The translations under genes were made by a program, and so were the position numbers. Under the pieces are notes generated by a model. The model searched no databases and was not told the origin of the DNA. It was given only the letters and a program-made list of their open reading frames with translations. From Candidatus Poribacteria bacterium (lineage in GTDB: Bacteria; Poribacteria; WGA-4E; UBA9662): DNA of 43,040 bases. The stretch's first letter is position 1. The number at the start of each line of letters is the position of its first letter. The stretch lies in contig JAYZAL010000045.1 in the NCBI GenBank assembly GCA_036339735.1, forward strand, positions 1 to 43,040, written 5' to 3'. Positions 16,374 through 27,300 of this stretch are shown here, piece by piece.

Positions 16374-19300
16374 TCAATCATTTTTTATAACAATAGCTTC
16401 GGTTTCCAAGCAACTACCTGCCAGAAAAACCACAAGATAAATATCACTGACTAACCTTTCATCAAATTGGTCAAATCCATCCCACCAAAATGTATGCCGG
16501 CCGGCTGTTACGATGTTTTGGTCAATTAATAGGCGTCTTCTTCGCTCACTAGTATCATAGATCGAAATTGTAACCGGTACGGATTGACTTACTAAGAATG
16601 AGATTGCCATGGATTTGTGACGGTCCGGTGAAAATATACGCGGTTGGCATGTAACGTCCCGAAGTTGTAACTTACTTCCTTCGACCACTTTTCTTGGGGC
16701 TAAACGGTAACGTCCCAATTTCTGAATTGGGGCTGATATCCTAACTGCAGATTGATATGATTCTGTTGTCCCACCGATGTATTGCCAATGGTTTTCTGAC
16801 CAATGAAAAATTCCTGAATTCATAGATTTCGATACTTGAAAAGACAAAATGGCTGGTTTATGGACTGGAAAATTTAAGTTGCTGGGTTCAATAAGGTATT
16901 CGTTATCTGAGAATGTAGAGTTGATAGTAATGTGGGTTGGAGCTTTTAGGGAATTTGGTGCAACAATTATACAAACTTTCTGATCTTGGCTGTTGATTGT
17001 TCTTGTTTTTTGGTTGTCTAGTCGGGGTACAAAGACAACTTCTACTTGATCTTCGCTGTGATGTCCAGCATGATCTACTACTTGAATACGGATAGTATGT
17101 ATCCCTACCAGATTTGAGGGTACTCGCCATTCACTAAGCATGCCGATTTGTTCGACAGGATTCGAGAAAGGTTGCTTGGAAATAGGGTGCCAAATTGGGT
17201 TAGGTTCTTGATTTAACTGATTTTCATCAGCTGCATATTCTATTGTGTATAGTTTAAAGTTTTTGTCAGAAGCTAACCCTCTAATGTTAACTATTTGTCC
17301 AATTTGTTGCCTGAAAATTGGAGCAGAAATTTGAGCTTTAGGCTTGTGATTGTCAACTTTTACTAGAGTCTTATGAGTTGAGGAATTTCCACTTTGATCT
17401 ACTGCCTCTAAAATAATTTCAAAATCAGACTCAACTTCTGGTGTCTGCCACTCAACCAATGTTCCAATATCTATAGATTGATTGCCTTCTTGAACCCGAA
17501 GTAAACTAGTTGACTCAGTACTAACGGCTTTAACTTTTAATTCAAATTGTCCTAAATTTTGGTCAACTACTCTTCCCAGAATCGTTATCTTTCCTGATAC
17601 AAACTGTCCTGAATTTGGTGAAGTAATTTCCACTATCGGAGCCAAATTGTCAATGGTTACATAAACATTTTGAGTTGTAGCATGACCAATCTTGTCTTCT
17701 GCGTATAGTTGTATTTGGTAGGAGCCATCAACAACAGGTAATTTCCAAATACTTAACAACTGTGCTTTTCTAGAGATACTAGGATTAACTACCGGGATGG
17801 GGCTCCAATTTTCGACCGCTGAATTTGGTTGGAATTGAAGTTGAAAACTCGCAAGATGGGCATCATCTACTGTTCCAGTAATCCGAATTTCATCACTAAT
17901 AATTTGCCCTAGGGTTGGTGTCAATATCTTAACTGTTGGCGATATATTATCGACAAAAACTCGTCGAGTTATCGTCTGAGATTTATTGGACCAATCGGTA
18001 ACCATTAATCTAACTTGATAGGTTCCTTCCACGATAGGAGTTGACCACCTGGCGAGTAAGCTATCAACCCGAGAGATAGTTGGTTCTTCAACGAAAATCG
18101 ATTCCCACTTTATGCCATTAACTTCTCTGAATGACAATTGAAAATCTCTTAGATTCTCATCGCTAGCTGTACCAATAATCTCGATGGTCCCATTAACCAT
18201 TTGATTGATTTCAGGTGAGGTCATTTGCGCGATGACTTCTGTACTATCAATTATTACATCTACCACTACTTGAGATGACAAACCGGCAAAATCATTGGCT
18301 TCAAGTCGTAACTGATACAGCCCACCCACTAGGTTGGTGGTATTCCACTGAGCCAAAGTATTTTGGTTTGCTACTTCCTGTGAACTTGTCCAGAAATTTT
18401 CCCAACCTGACTTAGGCGAGTTTAGACGGTATGATAGAGTATATTTTTCAAGGTGTGTGTCTTTTACACTACCTATGATTTGGTTATTTCGTTGGCCAAC
18501 CACTTGCAAGTTTGAGGGTTTTTGCAGTGAGATTAGGGGCGGTTGGTTGTCGACAGTAATAGTTTGCTGTCGAATCGTTTGATATTGGTGGTTGTCAGTA
18601 ACGACCAGTTCTATGTTGTAAGACCCATCAGTGAGTGTGGAAGTATCCCAAGTCGCAATTTGTTTTTGCTTAATTTCACCCAAACCAAACCAAAGTATTT
18701 GCCAATTTGATTGATCGGTCTGTTTCAGTCGAAGCCAAGAAGATTGGATTTCTGATTCAGGTGCTGCTCCAACCTTTATACTTGCATGGACATTGACCAA
18801 TCCAGATACAATTTTTTTAATTGGTTCCAATTGAACTTGAGGACCAGCCGTTTTATTGTTTAGTTGTAAAACAACCATATCGGATTGACCGATATTGCCA
18901 GCTTTATCTTTTACCTGCATTTGTATGTCTATCAACCCATCTACACCTTCAGTTTCCCAAACATAACTGTATAAATCATCGGAACCTGAAGCTTTCAAGT
19001 TGCTCGACCACTCAGACCAAATCCATTCTTTCAATGTGTGTCTTTGGTAACCAATCCTTACGCTTGCAGGATTTAATTCTTGAATAAAATATCGGATATT
19101 TAGTCTTCCACTGGCTTGTTCTTTTGCAAATGGTAATTCAAGAGATACAATAGGTGCGGTGTTATCAACTACAACATCTGTTTGAGCTTGGCTACGGTGT
19201 TGTAAATCAAATTGTCCATTCACCATATCTGTAACATTCAGTTGTAATGTATACAAGCCGTCTGAAAAGCCCCTTGTTTGCCATGAGAATAAAGTTGAGC

Positions 19301-21746
19301 TTTCTACTGGTTCAACTGATCGGTGGATAATCTTTCTCGCACCTGATTGAGAAAAAATCTGCATGGTATACTCTAGAAAGTCACTATTGTCATTAGCTAT
19401 ACCTTGGATTTCAAATAAGCCACTTACCATTGTTTTCTGGTTAGGTAACAAGAAGATTTTGGCGATTGGTGGCAGTGAATCGACTATAAAGTTGGCGTAT
19501 GCACCAACTTTATCAACATTATTCTCTTGATCAATAGATTGAACAATGAACTGATGGAGCCCTTGTGTTAAACCAGACAACACAACTCGATTTTCTTGCC
19601 CTGAATCACCTGTTAAATGAAAAGCGTTCTGGTCAATTTTGTACTGATACCGGAAGTCCTGACTACTTGCGTCCCCGCCTATAAACTTGAACGTTACGGT
19701 AGTCTCGCCAACAATAGAATAGTCAGTCGGACCTTCCAGTATTCGAGTAACTGGCGGTGTTTGTTCCTGTTTGAGGGAGCTGATACCTTCTTCGGTTCCA
19801 AAGAGAATTTCACCACTATCAGTCTCTGTAATTGCAAATATGTTACTACTACTCAAACCATCCGAAGCCGTCAGCTGCTTTACCACCTCACCCTTCCTAA
19901 GAATACTAACTCCATCTGATGTGCCAACCCAAACTTGGCTATTGGTATCCCTGAATAGAATTTGCACATTGTTATCAATTAAACCATGGCTGGTGGTATA
20001 ATGCTTGGCTAAGCTCGGCAGACCACTCAGGGACAAAACATAGATGCCTTGGTTGGTACCGACCCACATACTGCTATCCATTTCTAGAATAGTTTGTATT
20101 TGACCGAACTGTTGCTGAGAGATTTCGACCATCTGGTTTCCAGGCAACTCATTCGGTTTATAAATCCATAGATCACTTGGTAATTGTTGATTGCCTGCAG
20201 TTGCAAGCCAAACATAACCTCTATGATCAATTAATAAGATTTTGACCGCTCTTCGAATTTGATTTTGTATTGGTCTTAATATAACTACTTCTGGCTTTTC
20301 TCCTTCTAGCTCTACTCTAATTAAGGTGGGTAAAAAACCGTTTGCATCGTTGGGCAACAGCAGAGCTGTCGAAGCCCAGATTCGGCTGTCATTGTCAACG
20401 ATCAGAGTTTGTGTGTTTCCGGTTCCGCTAGGCAAGAGTAATTGTTTCCATGTTCGACCATCAAAAAACAATATCCCAGCTTCTGTTCCTGCCCATATTG
20501 TTCCATCTTCCGTATAAGCTAAAGACCGCACAGAAGTGTTATGTGAAATTGGAATCGGGATGTTTGTCATTCGAGATAATCGACTGTTTGGGTTTTGACT
20601 AAAGATTCGACCAATCCCACTATCAGTCCCGACCCAGATACTATTCCCTGAATCCTTGGTAAAGCATGTTACTCGATTATTCACTTGTTGTGGAACTTGA
20701 AAGGTTTGCCAAGACAAATCCGAAAAACTAATTCCGTTATCGCGAGTCCCAACCCAGATTTCACCAGAAGGTGCCTCACTCAGAGCAGTAATATTGCTAC
20801 TAGTTAGACCACTAGCTTTATCTAAAAGCTCAGGTAAGGATTGACTACTAGCGTTAACATTTATCAATAGAATTCCCTGATCGGTACCAATCCATAGATT
20901 TTGTCTTTGGTCCAGGTGTAAGGCTTGGATGTTAGCTTCTGCAACCCCAGGCCAATCGAAGATTCTTTGCCAAGTCTGATTTTCGTAGACAACAAGGCCT
21001 TTTGTCGTACCCACCCAGAGTTTGTCTGGTTCGCTAGTGAGAGATTGGACACGACTTCCAGGTAGCCCGTTTTGTGTACTAAATATCTTCCAATTGTCAT
21101 TAGTTTCACCGATTAATGTTAAAAGTGCTTGTTTTTGGGTGATTGGATCAGATGGTTGGTGCACTAGCCAAATTTGGCCTGAAAAATCTTCATATATGTC
21201 AGTTATTTGTTCAGTCCTTACGTGGTGCCAGTTGATATCTTTTGGTTTTTTCCAACTTACACCGGCAGAAGTCCCAACCCAAATTTCACCATTGTTTCGT
21301 TCTAGAACCGATGAGACGTAATTAGATTGAATTCCAGTTTCTTGGTCATACAAAGTATGCCAAAACATTTCTGACACATCACTCTCCCATCTCCCAATAA
21401 GTAAGCCAGAGTTGGTGGCAACCATTAAATCTCCATTACCAGAAAATGATAAATCTTGTATGGACACATTAGAAATACGTTTTATTGTTCTCGGATTAGT
21501 TAGAGCGATATTATGCCAAAAACCATCGAATCGAAGTAATCCTCGAGCCGTACCCACCCAGACTTGATCCATTGGACCAGTTATGATTTTTCGAATTTCA
21601 TTGCTAGCTAGCTGGTCCTTGAATCGAGTGAAATTACGCCATTGATAATTGTAACTAGAAAAAATGGGTAGAGTAAAAAATAGTAGAATTGTAAGGAAAA
21701 AGAAGGTGTAACGTACGGTTAATGGCGAGTAAATTACTCTTCTCAA
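16374..21746 (-). CDS. Secreted protein: two-component-regulator-type beta-propeller repeats, tandem Ig-like repeats and FlgD-like C-terminal domain
   Basis: Repeated [IV]W[VI]GT..GL and GL.SN.[IV] motifs; about 8 repeats of DN..P...I..P...SG...I.G...D.N...W...G.Y...L...D..G; C-terminal CQPRIFSP...WDG.D. The likely start is TTG 21746, which overlaps the upstream TGA (TTGA) and gives a signal-peptide-like N-terminus. Confidence 0.85.
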   Translation of the reverse strand: MRRVIYSPLTVRYTFFFLTILLFFTLPIFSSYNYQWRNFTRFKDQLASNEIRKIITGPMDQVWVGTARGLLRFDGFWHNIALTNPRTIKRISNVSIQDLSFSGNGDLMVATNSGLLIGRWESDVSEMFWHTLYDQETGIQSNYVSSVLERNNGEIWVGTSAGVSWKKPKDINWHHVRTEQITDIYEDFSGQIWLVHQPSDPITQKQALLTLIGETNDNWKIFSTQNGLPGSRVQSLTSEPDKLWVGTTKGLVVYENQTWQRIFDWPGVAEANIQALHLDQRQNLWIGTDQGILLINVNASSQSLPELLDKASGLTSSNITALSEAPSGEIWVGTRDNGISFSDLSWQTFQVPQQVNNRVTCFTKDSGNSIWVGTDSGIGRIFSQNPNSRLSRMTNIPIPISHNTSVRSLAYTEDGTIWAGTEAGILFFDGRTWKQLLLPSGTGNTQTLIVDNDSRIWASTALLLPNDANGFLPTLIRVELEGEKPEVVILRPIQNQIRRAVKILLIDHRGYVWLATAGNQQLPSDLWIYKPNELPGNQMVEISQQQFGQIQTILEMDSSMWVGTNQGIYVLSLSGLPSLAKHYTTSHGLIDNNVQILFRDTNSQVWVGTSDGVSILRKGEVVKQLTASDGLSSSNIFAITETDSGEILFGTEEGISSLKQEQTPPVTRILEGPTDYSIVGETTVTFKFIGGDASSQDFRYQYKIDQNAFHLTGDSGQENRVVLSGLTQGLHQFIVQSIDQENNVDKVGAYANFIVDSLPPIAKIFLLPNQKTMVSGLFEIQGIANDNSDFLEYTMQIFSQSGARKIIHRSVEPVESSTLFSWQTRGFSDGLYTLQLNVTDMVNGQFDLQHRSQAQTDVVVDNTAPIVSLELPFAKEQASGRLNIRYFIQELNPASVRIGYQRHTLKEWIWSEWSSNLKASGSDDLYSYVWETEGVDGLIDIQMQVKDKAGNIGQSDMVVLQLNNKTAGPQVQLEPIKKIVSGLVNVHASIKVGAAPESEIQSSWLRLKQTDQSNWQILWFGLGEIKQKQIATWDTSTLTDGSYNIELVVTDNHQYQTIRQQTITVDNQPPLISLQKPSNLQVVGQRNNQIIGSVKDTHLEKYTLSYRLNSPKSGWENFWTSSQEVANQNTLAQWNTTNLVGGLYQLRLEANDFAGLSSQVVVDVIIDSTEVIAQMTSPEINQMVNGTIEIIGTASDENLRDFQLSFREVNGIKWESIFVEEPTISRVDSLLARWSTPIVEGTYQVRLMVTDWSNKSQTITRRVFVDNISPTVKILTPTLGQIISDEIRITGTVDDAHLASFQLQFQPNSAVENWSPIPVVNPSISRKAQLLSIWKLPVVDGSYQIQLYAEDKIGHATTQNVYVTIDNLAPIVEITSPNSGQFVSGKITILGRVVDQNLGQFELKVKAVSTESTSLLRVQEGNQSIDIGTLVEWQTPEVESDFEIILEAVDQSGNSSTHKTLVKVDNHKPKAQISAPIFRQQIGQIVNIRGLASDKNFKLYTIEYAADENQLNQEPNPIWHPISKQPFSNPVEQIGMLSEWRVPSNLVGIHTIRIQVVDHAGHHSEDQVEVVFVPRLDNQKTRTINSQDQKVCIIVAPNSLKAPTHITINSTFSDNEYLIEPSNLNFPVHKPAILSFQVSKSMNSGIFHWSENHWQYIGGTTESYQSAVRISAPIQKLGRYRLAPRKVVEGSKLQLRDVTCQPRIFSPDRHKSMAISFLVSQSVPVTISIYDTSERRRRLLIDQNIVTAGRHTFWWDGFDQFDERLVSDIYLVVFLAGSCLETEAIVIKND

Positions 21747-24022
21747 CGAATCACAACCATCTTTTTTGTTTGTGAAAAAATTTTCTCTGTAGTCCAACTG
21801 TTAGCAGTGAGTGTATATAAATAGATACCTGATGGTACTAATTCCCCCTCCGAATTTCTTCTATTCCAATGAGCGGCCCCGCGTTTATCAATATAATTAC
21901 CACTAGGCATTTGCCCCAAATTCAAGTTACGAACTAATTGGCCAGTTGGAGTATAGATTTGGATACAAACATTAGAAGGATTAGCTAATTGAAAAGGTAT
22001 CCAAGTCTCTATACCAAATGGATTAGGATAATTATTTTTTAATTGTGTACTTGATAAATCTAGCCGGAATGGTGCAGATGATTCAACCCAAAACTTTGTA
22101 CTTTGGTAAGACTCTCCGAAGTGGCTCGAAACCAATACCAAATCAAACAAGTCGACTACACTGTCTCGATTAACATCAGGATTATAGTCCCAGGGAACTG
22201 TCTTTCCGTAGTAAAGGGCTACGATGCTTAAGTCGAATATGTCCACGATACTATCTAAATTTACATCCCAAGGTTGAAATACTTCACCTACTATCACCTC
22301 AGCAGAGTTAATCTCCACTGAAATTTCATTCAATGATTGGTTTAAAAATGAAAAATTCTCAATCGAAAATTGGTAAGTTCCCTTCTTCTTGGCGCGGCAT
22401 AAAATTTGAATCAGACGGCCAGTAGTTTTAGCTGCGTATTTACTATCTTTGACAGCAACAATGTTTTTGTAAATGCCTTGCTGACGGTCTATTTGAAAAA
22501 ATGGCCCATCTTCTAAAGGTTCATTTTCTTGTTGCAATTGAATTACTGCATCTTTTGGAAAAACTTCGTTGAATCGTGTCGTAGTAATGAAATGTATCGC
22601 CTCAGGCTCAGTCCATTGAATATCGAATTGAAAACTATTTAAATCATCTACTGATTCTATCCAGACAGCTAGGGTAAAATCTTCACCTGACTCTACAGCT
22701 TGCCTGCTAGGGGAAATTCTTACTCTGCCAGCGAATGGCAAGCTTACACGAAACTGTTGTGTTTGAGACCATTCGCCAAAACGATTAAAATTTCCACTCT
22801 TTACTCTCCACCAATAAATCGACGAGGGGTCTATAACTATTTCGTTGGGCAGCAGTTGCAATGTTTTCCCATCAGTCCCAATCTGCAGGCTCAGGTTTGA
22901 ATCGATGACTGGTGATGTAACTGAATTAGAGAAGATTTTGTCACTTCCCATTTGAACGACAGAATAAAGGCTGTCAACCTCCCAAGATAAGCTTATACCT
23001 TGAGGTGAACTGAACCTTTGGCCATCTGATGGTTGCGACAATAACGGTGTCGGATTTTCTGCAGACCACCAAAGAATACTGCCATCTTGGCCTCCAGCAG
23101 CCAGGAAAAACTTTCCATCTTTCGTTATCGCAACATCGTGGACATTTTGCTGGTGAAATGATGATATTTCCTTTTGGAAGTGATAGCTTACCAATCGAGC
23201 CGTCGGCGTTAACTGATTTGTGCCGTATTCTGAAGTGGTTCCAACTGCAAGTAAACTTCCACTTGGGTTAAATTTAACTTTTAGAACTGGCCGATTGTAA
23301 GAGATACTCTCTTGTTTTATTTCAGATGATGGTTGCCAAAAATTGACAGTTCCTGACCAGTCCCCAGACACAATAGTTTGGTCTATTGGGTGAAAATCAG
23401 TAGACCAAACTCGAGAGGTATGTTGGGCGCTAGTTTTGATAATCTTTCGTGAATTTAAGTCCCAAAGGATAACTCTTCCATCCTCAGTTCCAATCGCTAT
23501 ATGCCTTGCGTCAGAACTAAACGCTAGGGACCAAATAATGGTTGGGTGGATCTCAAAGTCACCAATATGATGTCGCTTGAGTAAGTCGAATAAGCGGATT
23601 GTTCCATTATCCATACCTGTTACTAAAAATCGTTCTTGTATATCAGCGCTCATGGTACTTGTGTTTTTTAAACCAATCCACTGAAAAAGTATTTCTTTAC
23701 TTTCAACACTCCAAACAATCACATGGCCACTTTGGTCAATGGAACATAAACGGTTACCGGAAAGAAATGCAACTTTTACGACTCTGGTTAGATGCCCTTT
23801 TAATTTGTATAAAATAGTTTTTGTTTCAAAGTTCCAAACGAATACTTCTTGATCGTCTCCAGCGGAGGCGATGAGTGAATGGTCTTCGTTAATGGCCAAA
23901 GATAGTATACGACCTCGGTGCCCATATGATACGTAATCAGGGCGCATTGCAAAGGCTGTCACTGAATGTATGAAAAGCATAATTGCCATGATCAACTTCA
24001 AGTTTTGGTGATACTTCTTCAT
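21743..24022 (-). CDS. Secreted WD40 + cohesin + dockerin protein with FlgD/T9SS-type-A-like C-terminal domain
   Basis: Signal peptide (..VTAFA), about 7 WD40 repeats, cohesin (GEDFTLAVWIESVDDLNSFQFDIQW), dockerin pair (WDVNLDSIVDIFDL / PDVNRDSVVDLFDL) and NYPNPFGIETWIPF...KMVVIR. Confidence 0.88.
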   Translation of the reverse strand: MKKYHQNLKLIMAIMLFIHSVTAFAMRPDYVSYGHRGRILSLAINEDHSLIASAGDDQEVFVWNFETKTILYKLKGHLTRVVKVAFLSGNRLCSIDQSGHVIVWSVESKEILFQWIGLKNTSTMSADIQERFLVTGMDNGTIRLFDLLKRHHIGDFEIHPTIIWSLAFSSDARHIAIGTEDGRVILWDLNSRKIIKTSAQHTSRVWSTDFHPIDQTIVSGDWSGTVNFWQPSSEIKQESISYNRPVLKVKFNPSGSLLAVGTTSEYGTNQLTPTARLVSYHFQKEISSFHQQNVHDVAITKDGKFFLAAGGQDGSILWWSAENPTPLLSQPSDGQRFSSPQGISLSWEVDSLYSVVQMGSDKIFSNSVTSPVIDSNLSLQIGTDGKTLQLLPNEIVIDPSSIYWWRVKSGNFNRFGEWSQTQQFRVSLPFAGRVRISPSRQAVESGEDFTLAVWIESVDDLNSFQFDIQWTEPEAIHFITTTRFNEVFPKDAVIQLQQENEPLEDGPFFQIDRQQGIYKNIVAVKDSKYAAKTTGRLIQILCRAKKKGTYQFSIENFSFLNQSLNEISVEINSAEVIVGEVFQPWDVNLDSIVDIFDLSIVALYYGKTVPWDYNPDVNRDSVVDLFDLVLVSSHFGESYQSTKFWVESSAPFRLDLSSTQLKNNYPNPFGIETWIPFQLANPSNVCIQIYTPTGQLVRNLNLGQMPSGNYIDKRGAAHWNRRNSEGELVPSGIYLYTLTANSWTTEKIFSQTKKMVVIR

Positions 24023-24199
24023 CTGACTTTTAGTTTTGTGGCATACTAATTGCTATCTTGGTAGTCGAAAGGGTCGTCGTAGAGTTTGTCTGTTACAATG
24101 AAATCTAATTCAGAACTTCTACTCTGCTATTTCTCAGCGTGTGGGTTGGTATATTATTCGTGAATTTTAACTGAGTCTGAGTGCCATCCACAAGTCCAG

Positions 24200-24228
24200 T
24201 TGAATGTAGTTTCGATCTGTTGTATAAT
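24200..24228 (+). promoter_or_regulatory. Putative promoter of the giant surface protein gene
   Basis: TTGAAT-N17-TATAAT, about 150 nt upstream of the likely ATG. Confidence 0.6.
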
Positions 24229-24377
24229 CCAAAACCACGATCCGGTTAGTGTCTAATAAAATATACAGTCAGCAAACAAAACTTACTTACTTAGAGCACT
24301 CCAAAGTGCTGTGGATAATCAAAAAATTTATGATAAGTTCCCCCAGAAAGAATATGACGAAAAGAGGTCACTTAGAA

Positions 24378-27300
24378 ATGAAGAGCACTGACAGATGGTT
24401 CGCCAAATTTTCCCTAAGTCTTTTCCTGTTTACCTTTTGTTCTCAGCTGCTGTTTGCAGAGGATCTTTTTTGGACTGGGGCTAACAACGGCGAGTGGAAT
24501 GAACTAACAAACTGGATTAATGCTGATGGTGTAACAGGACAGGAAGTTCCTCAGGCAGGAGATACTGCCACATTTGATTTGCCTACGGCACAGTCACCGA
24601 CGACTGTACCGGAAGGCGTTGATATTAGGATCAGTTCTAAACCAGATGCGACAGAAGCTACTATTATTGAGTTGCCGGAGTCAACTATTAATGACCTCAT
24701 ATTGGAACCAGGTGCTCAGGACGTTCAACTTACGTTCACAGGCCCAGTAGTAGTCACTGGTGATCTAACTGTTACTGGAGCCAGCAGTACAATTACCACA
24801 ATCCAGCTTAACGATAACCCTCTGGAATGCGCAGACGGAACAATTCGGCTGATTATTCCCGACAACGCTCAGAACAGCATCATTAGTTTTGGGGGTGGAA
24901 GTGCTGCAACAGTCAAGTCAGGTAAGCTGGAATTGATTACCTCAGCCGATACTAGCGATAGTCGAGTCGATGTTATCGGCCCTAGCATAGAAGTGACAGG
25001 GAACTTTGATGTCAATACAGACACTGGGAATGCGACGATAGAGCCTCAAGGGTTAATCGTTACTGGGGATCTTACTATTTCTTCCATTGGTGATGGTCTC
25101 GCCTCTCTTTTGATGGGTGCTAATAACTTAGATGTTGATGGAAATTTGAAAATCACCAAAACAGGTGGAGATTTGGATGCTGTAGAAGGTTGGCCTCAGC
25201 TTTCATCTTCTGGCCAATCAAATATGGCCGGCAATGTCGAACTCAAAAAGGTACGATTTGATGCCGATAAAGTTACCTTTGACGGAACAGATAATCAGTC
25301 GGTAGATTTTAATGGGGCCGACTTAGTGGATGAGACTATCACTGTCCAAAATGAATCTGGAACGGTCAAACTGGAAAGTGATCAATCCCTACGTGTAAAA
25401 ATCCTGAAAGTCTATTCCAATACAACATTTAGCGATATAACTAGCTTAGTAGTAACCGAAACAATGCAAGTGATTGCAGACAACTCTAAGGATGTACTAC
25501 TAGACGCGGCGGGAGGCAGTTTCACTGATGTTAAATTACTAGAGGTAAAAGCTGGTTCCGGAAGTGGTGGTGCCACAGTTTCGGCGATTGGACCGAACAT
25601 AAGCATCGAGGAATTGAGAGTTACATCAGAAGGGACAAATACGGGGACTCCTACTATAGACATTGGCGATAATGGAATGACTGTTAGGAACATCACCCTG
25701 AAAGATGACGGGTCAGAATCCAGTACACCAACATTGAAAGCTGGATCCGGTACAATCGTTGTTACCGGTAACATAGTGGTTTCTGGTGCCGCTGATAGCC
25801 CTACAGTATCATTTTCGCCAGCTAATGATTCTGAAATCCCTTGTGAGGTTATACTTGCCGGAGATACTAGTCAAGCTATTTCCCTTGACAAGGGTGTAAA
25901 TTTCCAAAATGTCATCCTGAATATACAGAATATTTCAAGTGATGGTGCAGAGCTAAAAACCTCTGCTATAGTTCGAGGTCTAGTTATTAGTCATGATCAG
26001 CCAGGTAATATTCGACATCCAGTTGAAACAGTAAGCGGAAAGGCTTTCCAGTTTAAGATTACGGAAACCTCAGGGTCTTTGAGCTTTGTTCAGCCCGATG
26101 GTGCTACTAGCGCTTTTAGACAATTAGCAGAAAGTGAGAGTGATGCTGCTATCAGTATTGTAGCGGGGGACGATGTTGGCGAAAACGCGGTACTTCAACT
26201 CAACAACAATGATCTGCTAGGAAATAGTGATGATACTAGCCTGTCAGCCGACTTGGTTATGAGTGTGAAAACTGGGGCTAGTGGGGGAAATGCTCAAATT
26301 ATCCAAGGCAATGGTATTATGCAATTCCGCGATGTCAGCTTAACTGGTGTGGGAACGGGCGAGGTTGTGCTAGCACCGGGGGGAGGATTGACGGCTCGCT
26401 CAGTCCAATTAACATCCACAGGGGATGAAGATGTATTACTTACTGCTGGAGGGAATATAGCCACTGAAACCTTAATTCTGGAAGGTACCTCAGGGGCTGG
26501 AGTTCCAAAAGTTGACATCGACAATTATAGCCTACAAGTTTCTACCGTCCAGGATTTGGGATTACTAGAGTTTCGACATACTGGAGGTGGCTCCCCATTG
26601 ATTGAGACAAAAGATGACTCAGTTGGAGTTATATCGGTTGATAGATTTGTGCTCAAACAAGCCGATCTTACAATGCCCTCTTTCACTGTAAAAAACCTGA
26701 GTATCACAGATACAGGTACAGATGGTGGAAGTCGAAAGCTAACCATGTTAGGTTCCCTTTCCGTTACAGGTAATGCAAATATTAATAGCGTCTCAAACCC
26801 GGCCGAACTAAACCTGAACGGGAATTCCCTAACAGGTGGAGGCTCTATCTCAATAACTAGCGGAAGCCACCCGAGTAAGGTTCTTGCTGTAGGCTCAATC
26901 GTAATAGGTAATTTAACGATTGATTCTGCTGCGGGACAACTAGCAACTTTGACTCAAACAGCTGGGGATAAGTTTGAAGCTGGTACTGTAAATATCATTA
27001 CTCGAAGCAGTGGTTCAGCAGAATTGGAAACGTCTTCGACCTTGGTCGAGGGGGAACTATCAGTTTCCATGAAGCTTAGTGCCTTAGAGTTAAGGTCTAT
27101 AGCTGGTTCTGGAAGCCCAAAACTCAATACCAATAATGTATCTGTTGAAATCGATGGGGACCTGAGATTAATCAAGGAAGGTGGAAACCCACTGCTGACC
27201 GTTGGTTCTGGTAACATAGATGTGGCCGGTCATCTGGAATTGACTGGTAGCGGTACCTCTTTGCAACTTCAATCAGGTAGTGAGTTAGTCTTGGATGGGA

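Noticed and set aside
24249-24377. ORF-track N-terminal extension of the giant protein (likewise 21747-21797 and 14393-14410)
   Set aside because: Downstream starts have better SD or coupling and give proper signal peptides or homolog-like N-termini.
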